DNA of 58,257 bases, taken from the NCBI GenBank assembly GCA_000388065.2, contig KB932202.1; one strand, written 5' to 3'. Source of the stretch: Fonticula alba ATCC 38817. Taxonomy: Eukaryota; Protista; Nucleariida. Position numbers and translations under genes: made by a program. Under the pieces are notes generated by a model that saw only the letters and a list, made by a program, of their open reading frames with translations, made no database searches and was not told the origin of the DNA. Of this stretch, positions 49,223-58,257 are shown piece after piece. Positions within the stretch are counted from its first letter, which is position 1. Each line of letters begins with the position of its first letter.

Positions 49223-49525
49223 GCTCCCGCCAGCGGTCCCCTGCTGTGGGTGGTGTCGTTTGTCCCCCTCACACTTTGGGCATACTCCCTCTCCTACTAT
49301 CCCCCTCGCTCCTCTCTCCCTCTCTCTCTCCCTCTCTCTCCCTCTCTGTCCTGTTGTGGGAGCATGGCTCTTCTCGTCCCTCTGGTTTGCACACCCTGTC
49401 CTTGATCCTGTAAAAATGTACAATTCCCCTTTCCCCCGACACGAGATATCCCCACCATCGCCATCCTCTTCCCTTCTGGGCGGAGACTGGCCAGCGCGCG
49501 GGAGGGGGGCACCACACATTGCCCC

Positions 49526-49566
<41 letters not shown>

Positions 49567-49769
49567 GGAATGGTATATTTGTGGGAACACCCGAGAAGGT
49601 GGGGGGGGGGGGTTGCGGATGTGCACGGCGGGCCAATTATTGAGTGATCATTTCAGATGGAGGAAAGGGCAGGCGTCCATGAGGCAGACACTGGCCCCCC
49701 TCCGGACGGGGCGCGGCAGCGGCGGCAACAGCAGCGGCAGTAGACAAGGACAAGGGGATAGGCAGGCGA

Positions 49770-51065
49770 TCAGAAGATGATGGTGAACTTCTCATGGACA
49801 TCGATGCCCTGGGAGCTCTGTGAGGCGCGGGGAAACAGAGAGTCAGGGTGACGAAGCGAGCATTTTGACGAGATGGAGAGGAGGGGGGCATTGAAGAGAG
49901 AGGGAGGGAGGGAGGGAGAGAGAGAGATGCGGTCGTATCGGAAAGCCGCGCGAGATTGAGGAAAGGGACAGAGAGAAGGGGGGCACACACCTGAACAAAC
50001 TCCTGAAAGGAAACTCGCCCATCACCATCGAGGTCGGCGTCCTTGACAGTCTGCTCGGCCAGAGCGGTCAACTGGGCCAGGCTCAGGGAATCTGGCCCGC
50101 CAGTGCCGGCCAACATCTGCAAGACAGTGAGCATCTCATCGGCCGTGATGAAGCCATCGTCATTGACATCGTAGATCTTGAAGGCAACTGAAACGCCGGG
50201 AGTTGAGAGGAGGGAGGGGGCGGAACGGGGTCAGGGGGAGGGGGGGGGGGGGGGGGCAGAAGAGGCACAGCAGGAGGCACAGGATATTAGTGTGAGAGGG
50301 GGACGGTGGGGGGGGGGGACGGACGGGCGGGCGAGCGGGCTGGCTGGCGACATATACACATGGGGAGCGGAGGGGAGCCGAAGGACAGGAGGGGAGGAGG
50401 GAGGTGTGGTGTTTTGCCAGGAAGCACCGAGCGCGCGACACGCACACATGAGCTTGCGTTCGCGCGACGCATGTGGACTGAATGCGCCCAGGACCTCGCA
50501 GAACTGGCGGAAGTGGATGGTCTCGGTGTCATGCGGATCGAGGACCGCGCAAATGCGCTCGGCCAGCGGGTTCATCGCCAGCTCGGGGATGGCGTTCAGG
50601 ATGTCATCGGTGTTCAAGAGGCCGAGGTCGTCGCGGTCCAGGCGACGGAAGCGCTTGTACAGGCGGATGATCTGCTGCGGAGTGACTGACCTCCCGGGGG
50701 GGGGGGGGGGGGGGGAGAGCGCGCGGCGGCCGGCGGGCGGGGGCGTGCGGCGGGGTCGGTCGCGGCATGGGGGCGGGATCGCCCCCCATGTGCGGGGTGC
50801 TTTGGCCTCCCCGGTGGGGTCCAAGGGGGTCCGGGGTTGCGACTTCCGCCCGGGGTGGGTCTCGCCGGGGGGGATGGCCCAACAGCCCGAGACATGGGGC
50901 GGGGGGGGGGGGGGGGGGGGGGGGGGCGGCCGGGGACACAGGAGCAGGGGTCAGCACAGGCACAGGTGATCGGCGGGCACATAGGGCAGGGAGGCGCGTA
51001 CACGATGAGATCTCGCTCAACTCCTCGATGTCATCGCGCGAGAGTGTCGAGGCTCGGGCGCCCAT
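49770..51065 (-). CDS. CHP1: Calcineurin B homologous protein (CHP)-like myristoylated EF-hand protein
   Basis: Exons 51065-51002, 50685-50446, 50187-49991, 49817-49770. MGARASTL, F|TPQQIIRLYKRF, IPELAMNPLAERI, KLM|FAFKIYDVNDDGFITADE, DADLDGDGRVSFQEF, IDVHEKFTIIF. Confidence 0.8.
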
Positions 51066-51282
51066 GTTAGGCGGGGAGTGGGGGCGATGAGCGGGGAGCG
51101 GAGAGGTTTGGCGGTGTGTGGGGGGGGGGGAGAGGGAAAGAGAGAGAGAGAGGTTGACCTCGCAGGGGGCGGAGGTGGGAGACGAGGGGGAGGATGAGGG
51201 GAGACGGGGAGACCGCCGTTCGGGGGTCTCTCAAGACGCGGCGCGGATGTGTTGAAGCCGCGTCCCCCCCCCCCCCCCCCCC

Positions 51283-51978
51283 CCCCAAGACCAGGGAATC
51301 GGAGGGAAAACCGTCTCGTTTGTTGGCCCCGCGCGCGGAGACCCCCCACACGCACACAGCAGCCCCGGCAATGAGAAAGCCGATGTAGCCCGAGACCGGC
51401 TCTGTCCCCGGACCGATCGTGAACGTTCTGGCCATTCTTGCAGCCAGGACTCCGTCTCCCCGCCCCCCCCCCCTGGCGGCATGCCCACTGTCCACCGCCC
51501 CGGCTGGCGAGAATCTACCGGCCAAGGGGCATGCGCTCGCAGCCGAAGAGGCCAGCGCCTTGATCTCGACCCGGGGCTCTCAGCACGGGCAAGGGAGAAT
51601 GTGAGGGGCCCCCTGTTGGCCCTCCNNNNNNNNNNCCCCAAGACCAGGGAATCGGAGGGAAAACCGTCTCGTTTGTTGGCCCCGCGCGCGGAGACCCCCC
51701 ACACGCACACAGCAGCCCCGGCAATGAGAAAGCCGATGTAGCCCGAGACCGGCTCTGTCCCCGGACCGATCGTGAACGTTCTGGCCATTCTTGCAGCCAG
51801 GACTCCGTCTCCCCGCCCCCCCCCCCTGGCGGCATGCCCACTGTCCACCGCCCCGGCTGGCGAGAATCTACCGGCCAAGGGGCATGCGCTCGCAGCCGAA
51901 GAGGCCAGCGCCTTGATCTCGACCCGGGGCTCTCAGCACGGGCAAGGGAGAATGTGAGGGGCCCCCTGTTGGCCCTCC
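51283..51978. repeat. Identical 343-bp direct duplication across a 10-N gap (51283-51625 and 51636-51978); probable unmerged contig overlap
   Basis: Copies read identical with a 353-nt offset and are separated only by NNNNNNNNNN. Confidence 0.85.
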
Positions 51979-52370
51979 CCCCCCCCTCCCCCCCCCCCCC
52001 CCCGCCCCCAAATACGCCCCAAGGGACCGGGGGCTGTTGGACAAGCAGCAGGATGCTGTAGCATCCCTGGTCCGGTAGAAGAGCACCGGGGCGTCTGACC
52101 CGGTGCACATGATCGGCGTATCGGGCCCCGAGCCGATCGCCCCCGCTCGGGGTCCGTGCGTGCGCACGCGCGCGTGTGCCACGCGCCGGCCCAGCCCGCG
52201 GCACCGTGGCGTCCCCGCCGCCGGTGGCCACTTCATGGGGGACCACCCTGTCCGGTGCCCGGGCCCGCCGAGCCCCCGACCAGTGTACCCTCCCCCGCTG
52301 CCCTTGCATCTCTGCCCGCTGCCCCTTTCCCTTTGTCTGCCCCCCCCCCCTCTCCACCCTTTGCAGAGTG

Positions 52371-53865
52371 ATGTCTGCCCCGACGAGCGACCGCCCGATC
52401 TCGCCGGCCCCCCCGGCGCCCGCGGACGATGGCGAGCAAAACCCCTCGGCCCTGGGGACCAAGAAGTAGTACGTAAACCGGCCGGCTGGGGGCTCTCACT
52501 GATCCGGGGGACGCACGGCCTGACACTTGCCTCTCGACATTCGGCAGCTGGGACGACCAGTATAAGCTGGAGCTGAAGAACCATGCCTCCCACGGCGACA
52601 TCGGCGAAGTCTGGTGCGTGCCTTGCCTTGTGGCGTTTGCCGCGCCTGGGCCGCACCCTGGTGGGGCTGCTGTGCGCATCCTTCGACTGACCCTTTGGCA
52701 TGGGGCTGCATCGGGCGCGGGACCGGCTGGTGCGCAGGTTCGGCGAGCAAAGTGCCACCAAGATGGTCACCTGGTGCAAGAAGACCTTCATTGGCGAGGG
52801 CGATGAGGATGACCCCGCGCGGTCGGGCCTCCGCGTGATGGACCTCGGCTGCGGCAACGGGCACATGCTCTTCCTGATGGCGGCCGCCGGGTTTACCGCG
52901 CTACATGGGTGTGACTACAGCCCGGCGGCGGTGGAGCTGTCTCGGCGCCTGGCCGCGCAGATCGGGCTGCCTGTCGAGGTCCTGAGCCTGCCGGAGGCCG
53001 CGCCCGGGTCTGGATCCGAATCGGAGTCGGAGTCGGAGTCGGAGTCGGAGCCGGAGTCGCACGACGCCAGCGATGCCGACGAGGCGGACAGCCCATTTGA
53101 CTTTGACGAGGAGGAGGAGGACAACGTCCGCCACAGCCGCCTGTCGCTGTTCCGCCTGGACCTCCTGGACGCGGCGTCGGTCCAGGCGCACCTGGACCTG
53201 GCCGGCGGTCCCTTTGACATTGTCCTGGACAAGGGCACCTACGATGCCATTTCCCTCAACTCCCCGAGTGCGTACGGCCGTCGACCGGGGTGGGCTTGTG
53301 TCGCGCGTGCTCCCTCGCAGCTTGATGCACCTGACTTTGGACCTCTGATGCCGTGCTTGGGCAGGCGCGCGCAAGCTCTTCATCAAGCACCTACCCATGC
53401 TGGTCTCCCCGTCTGGCGGGCACTTTGTCATTACCTCCTGCAACTGGACCACCGAGGAGCTGAAGGAGCACTTTGCCGGTGCGACATNNNNNNNNNNNNN
53501 NNNNNNNNNNNNNNNNNNNNNNNNNNNNNNNNNNNNNNNNNNNNNNNNNNNNNNNNNNNNNNNNNNNNNNNNNNNNNNNNNNNNNNNNNNNNNNNNNNNN
53601 NNNNNNNNNNNNNNNNNNNNNNNNNNNNNNNNNNNNNNNNNNNNNNNNNNNNNNNNNNNNNNNNNNNNNNNNNNNNNNNNNNNNNNNNNNNNNNNNNNNN
53701 NNNNNNNNNNNNCTCTCCTCCCGCCTCCCGTGTGGCTCTTTCCCCGTTTGCTAACTTCTCGCGCCAGCTTTCGAGCCGGTGGCCGTGCTCCCGCAGCGGT
53801 CCTTCATGTTTGGCGGCCGCTCCGGCCAGAATGTCTCCTCGGTGGCCTTCCGTGTCCGCGCCTAA
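52371..53865 (+). CDS. EFM4: Protein-lysine N-methyltransferase EFM4 / METTL10 (eEF1A-KMT2)
   Basis: Exons 52371-52468, 52548-52613, 52738-53267, 53365-53478, 53768-53865. SALGTKKY|WDDQY..GDIGEVW|FGE, VMDLGCGNGHML, GCDYSPAAVELS, FDIVLDKGTYDAISL, FVITSCNWTTEEL, FMFGGRSG. Confidence 0.93.
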
Positions 53866-54177
53866 GCACCAGCGGGCCCACTTGCACACTGGGCGGTTGT
53901 CCGGCGCCGGGAACCGGGCCGTCCAGTGCGCGGAATAGAGCAACCCCCTTCGCCGCTGATCCGCCACAAACGCGCTCTCATCCTCCAAAACCTCTGTCCT
54001 CTGCCTGCCCGCCTCTCGGCGTTTGGCCTTCCATTTGCTGTTTCTCCCGGCACCTGTCTGTGTATTTGGCCATGCCATTCCTTGCCAGAGCGCACTCCGC
54101 GCAGGTACACGCTTTACAGTCGCCGTGCAGGGAGGAGGGGGGGGGGGGCAGAAAAAAAAAGGAAGGACAAAGTAACC

Positions 54178-54922
54178 TCAATACAGGCGTGGGGCTTTGG
54201 GTGACGGGAGGGGTGCCCCATGGGCCGGAGGTGTCCCGGGAGGCAGGCGCTCCGTGGGCCGGCGCTTTCGAGGATTGAGCCCGGTGTCCAGGCCAGACAA
54301 GGAGGCAGCTCTTCTGGCGGCTGCCGCTTGGATGGCGGCCACGGTCTGGACCATGTGCTCCAGCTCCTGAATTGTGGAATGTGTGTGAGAGAGGGGAGGA
54401 GAGGCGGAGAGGGGAGGAGAGGCGGAGAGGGAGAGAGGCGGAGAGGGAGAGAGGCGGAGAGGGAGAGGGGCGGAGGGAGAGAGGCGGAGGGAGAGAGGCG
54501 GAGGGAGAGAGGCGGAGGGAGAGGGGCGGAGGGAGAGGGGCAGGGGGAGAGGGGCAGAGAGAGAGAGAGAGGGGCAGAGAGAGGGGCAGAGAGAGGGGCA
54601 GAGAGAGGGCGTGCATGCTCGTGAGGGGGAATGTACATACCTTCAGCTGACGCAAATCCCACGAGTCGAAGGTGAGGCAGAAACGCCGCGCGCGTGCGCG
54701 GATCGCCGCGTTGGTCACCGAGAGAGAGGGGTCTGTCTGCAGGAGGTAGGCCACGGCCAAGAGGCCAGACACACGGCTCCCATTTGAGCAGCAGACCAAC
54801 ACTCGGCCGCCATTCTGCGCAGCGCCGGTCGAGGAGGAGGGGGGCCACGAGGAGATCGAGTCACGCAAGGGTGAGTGCGCCAGGTGGGGGAGGGAGGGCG
54901 CGCTGCCGGTCGCGTACATTGA

Positions 54923-54953
<31 letters not shown>

Positions 54954-55423
54954 CTGTAAAATGAAATGGATTGACTGGCAGAGGTCGCGCAGCAGCGGGA
55001 TGGGAAGCGTGCCGCTTGGCTGCGGCCCGACATCCCACTCGACCAGGGAACTGAAGCAGCGCCGTGCGGCCAGCGACTCGGCCAGCTCCGGCCCGGGGTG
55101 GCGGTCTGCCGGCTGCCGCAGCATCAGCACATGGGTGATGGAGGCGGACTGTGCCAAAGGGGAGGACGCGGGCGAGGGCGGGAGGCGGGGTCAGCATGCA
55201 GGCGACTGGGGTCGGGCGATGGGCATGGACGCGCGGCTGACGGGGGCACCTGTAGAAAGGGGTTCTGCGGGGCAACCACCGACCAGGGCCCGATGAACAG
55301 GCCGGGCGTCACCTCGTGTGCATCCCATTGCATCTCGTACCGCCACCAGGAGGGCGGGTCGGGCCGGGGGAGACTGGTGGCAAAGGGCTCCGGCGCCGCC
55401 CGGCTGGCGGAGCGGCTAAACAT
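54178..55423 (-). CDS. STYX: STYX-like dual-specificity pseudophosphatase
   Basis: Exons 55423-55250, 55148-54954, 54814-54641, 54366-54178, all phase 0. WRYEMQWDAHEVTPGLFIGPWS, FLQ|SASITHVLMLRQ, ILQ|NGGRVLVCCSNGSRVSGLLAVAYLLQT, RRFCL..QLK|ELE. The start codon is uncertain because of the upstream gap. Confidence 0.8.
54389..54608. repeat. Intronic purine minisatellite (GAGAGGCGGAGG-type units)
   Basis: Direct reading of STYX intron 3; pyrimidine-rich on the sense (minus) strand. Confidence 0.85.
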
Positions 55424-55471
55424 TGGGGCGTCAAGTGGGTGGGCAGAGGGGGAGACAGAACAAGAAGGCGA

Positions 55472-55507
<36 letters not shown>

Positions 55508-58257
55508 NNNNNNNNNNNNNNNNNNNNNNNNNNNNNNNNNNNNNNNNNNNNNNNNNNNNNNNNNNNNNNNNNNNNNNNNNNNNNNNNNNNNNNNNNNNNN
55601 NNNNNNNNNNNNNNNNNNNNNNNNNNNNNNNNNNNNNNNNNNNNNNNNNNNNNNNNNNNNNNNNNNNNNNNNNNNNNNNNNNNNNNNNNNNNNNNNNNNN
55701 NNNNNNNNNNNNNNNNNNNNNNNNNNNNNNNNNNNNNNNNNNNNNNNNNNNNNNNNNNNNNNNNNNNNNNNNNNNNNNNNNNNNNNNNNNNNNNNNNNNN
55801 NNNNNNNNNNNNNNNNNNNNNNNNNNNNNNNNNNNNNNNNNNNNNNNNNNNNNNNNNNNNNNNNNNNNNNNNNNNNNNCCCCCCAGCCCACACAAAGCAC
55901 GCCCCGGGCCGTCGGCCGTCGGCCGCTGGATCCACTCGTCCGCGGGAAGGGGGCGCCAATCCAGGCAGCCCTGATTGCGGGCAACACGGGCCGGTAGCCG
56001 GGGCTGCTGGGCGGCAACCCCGGCCACCGCCGGCCGCATGGTGCTGGACGGCACTTAATCCCGCGAGTTGCCGCAGGCGCAGGGGACCAGTGGTCCTGGG
56101 GGTGGGGGGGGGGGGGGACCTCCGCTGAGATCGGGCGCCGCCGCGCGAATTGGAGACCAACCGGCCGCCGCCGCCCGGGCCCCAGGCGCGACGCACTCGG
56201 ACCGGGATCTGGTCCGGGTGTGCCTGGCTCCCGCCGGAAGGCGCGCAGCCGCGCGCGCGCGCGCGGGCGTGCGTGCGTGCGTGTGCACACACACGCACAT
56301 CCGCGCCATGATGGCCAGCATGTTTCACAGCCCCGGCGGGGGCGCGGCGGGGCGCGGGGGAGGAACGTGCGCCAGGGAGGGGTGGCTGGCGCGGGGCGGG
56401 CATTCCGCCGTGGCAAAAAAGGATACGGCGGCGCAGACGAAAAAGGCCCGACCGACGGGCGGTAACCGGCCAGCGCGGCAAATAGCCGCGCGGATCACGA
56501 CCCGTCCCATCGGGCGCGTGATCACCGGGATTAACTGACCTAAATTGACCTCCGGCCCCGGGCCTCGACGACCCGCCTGGACGCGGGGGCCGGCGGGCAC
56601 GCGGCGCGCGCCTGTCCGGCATGCCAAAATGGGAAGGGGGCTCCGTGGCGGGGCGGCTGCCGTGTGTAGCCCTGCCCCTCGCCGCCCCCCTCCCCCCCTC
56701 GGCGTTCGGCCGGCGGCTTGGGCATGTGCCGGCCTCTGCGGGGCCAGCCTGTTCCGGTGAGGCTGAGCTGACCGGGGGCGATCAGTCGGCCAGGGGGGGG
56801 GGGGCTTCCGCCGGGCGGCTGCTTCTCCTGCCGGCCGGGGAGCCGGCTCCCCCGGCCGCCGGAGTGTGCGCCAGTTGTCAAGCACGCGCGCTCTCCGGCC
56901 GTTCCATCGCCTGCGGGCGTGGCGTGGGGGGGGAGGGGGGGAGGGGGGGCAATAACCCGAGCGAATGCCTCTGCGGGGCCCGGGAGGTCGGAGGGACGGG
57001 AGGAAATTTCCGCCGCTCAGGGGGCGGCCGCTCTTGCTTGTGGGGGGACCAGGAGTGGTGGAGCGCCCTTGGGGGAGCCGGGCCAACCTAAATTGTCCGG
57101 GCCGCCGAGCCCGGGGGGGGGGGGCGGCGGGGCCCGCGCGGCTGCCGGCCGAAACACCGGGCGAGGACATGAGACAGGGAGAGCGTGGCGGCAGCCCGGC
57201 GCGGCTTGCGCCCTGACTCATCGGCCCCTCATGTGGCCCGAGAGGCGGGCCGGACCCGGGGGCCCGCCACCCCGGCAGAGAATTAGATGCCCCGGCGTCC
57301 AGGGCACATGCGATGTGCGCGAGGGGCGGCAGCGGCCGATCGCCCGGCGGCGGACGGATGCCCGGCGCTCGGAGGGGGATCTGCCCCCTGGGCGGGGCCC
57401 TGATCGGCTAATGATGCTCCGCTCTCCGGACCCGCCGCCCCCAGCTGGCTGGTCTTGACCGCCCTCCGGGCCTTCGTCCCTCCATGACTCAGCTGCTGAA
57501 GGGGCAGAGCCCCCCGGGCGGGGGGGGGGGGGGCGGAACGTGGCTCGGCCTGTTGACGCTGGTGCATTCACTCGGTCCAAACGTTCGCCAGGCTCGCCGC
57601 CATGGACGCGCACCGCCAGGACCTCCGGACACCGGGGAGAAGTCCGGCGTTCGCGGGAGGAGCGCGCCCGGGGCTTTGCGCAGGGTGTGCGCCCAACGTG
57701 GGGTGACGTTTCTGCCAGGGTTCCTCGGGCGCCGGGCACTGGGGGCCCGGTTGGGACGCGCGCCGGGGCGCCGGCACACACCCTGCGCAGCTCGGTGCTT
57801 TTTGTGTGCAGGCCGGGAGGGGCTGAGCCACGGGCGCGCGGGTCCGGGGGGAGACCGGCGACGACGCGGTTCACGCGCGAGGGCCTCCCCCCAGCACCGG
57901 GAATGGGCCACGCCGGGCCGCCGGACTTGGCGCAGCATTGATCTAAACCCATCGTCGGAGGGGGGGGGGGGGCACAGTGACTTCACCAGGCCCCGGGGAC
58001 GAGGGACGAAGCCCGGGCGAGAAAGTGACAGAGACACGGGGGGGGGGGCATCCCTGCGTACGTGTGCGCGTGTGGGAGCACGGGGGAAGTGTCCCCGGCG
58101 TACATGGCCGGGCCTGCGCCGGCAGGGCGAAGGAAAGGAAGAGAGAACGCCCCGGGCCAACGGCGCTCCGGGGAGGGCCGTCCCTGCCGGGGCACGCCGG
58201 CGAGGGGGCGGGGGTGTTGCCCCGACAGGCCCGGCGCTCGGGGTTCTCCTCGGCCTC

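Noticed and set aside
51283-51978. 343-bp tandem duplication as a mobile element or real duplication
   Set aside because: Identical copies separated by a 10-N placeholder with no TSD or TIR; typical unmerged contig overlap
55880-58257. ORFs at the right end of the window
   Set aside because: Arg/Pro/Gly-rich GC shadow ORFs with no domain or consistent splice pattern

Overview
A very GC-rich, intron-rich eukaryotic scaffold window with 14 N-gaps, mostly flanked by poly-G/C or microsatellites. Composition and gene repertoire suggest a unicellular opisthokont or amoeboid protist, most likely Fonticula alba; this is an inference I could not confirm. Almost all ORF-track entries are GC shadow ORFs, so I rebuilt genes exon by exon from splice sites, phase and remembered family motifs. 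Twelve protein-coding genes are supported, in order: a giant MADS-box factor (minus, runs off the left edge), acyloxyacyl hydrolase AOAH (-), COX5B (+), a 2-TM TMEM230/TMEM134-like protein (-), AP-3 delta (+), WASH subunit SWIP/WASHC4 (+), Trm9-type tRNA methyltransferase (+), SPF30/SMNDC1 (-, 5' end missing), a SYP7-type Qc-SNARE (+), a CHP-like EF-hand protein (-), EFM4/METTL10 (+) and a STYX-like pseudophosphatase (-). About 12.5 kb of apparently gene-free DNA separates the MADS gene from AOAH. I saw no rRNA, tRNA, CRISPR array or transposon ORF. The most interesting signals are: (1) a MEF2-core MADS protein carrying SRF-type specificity determinants, with CArG-like sites in its long upstream region; (2) a STYX orthologue inactivated differently from animal STYX; (3) genes generally lost in fungi or animals (SYP7, SWIP, AOAH, CHP); (4) a 5' splice-site consensus with +4C and no +4A; (5) a head-to-tail junction chimera beside a gap. 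All family assignments come from recalled motifs, not database searches.
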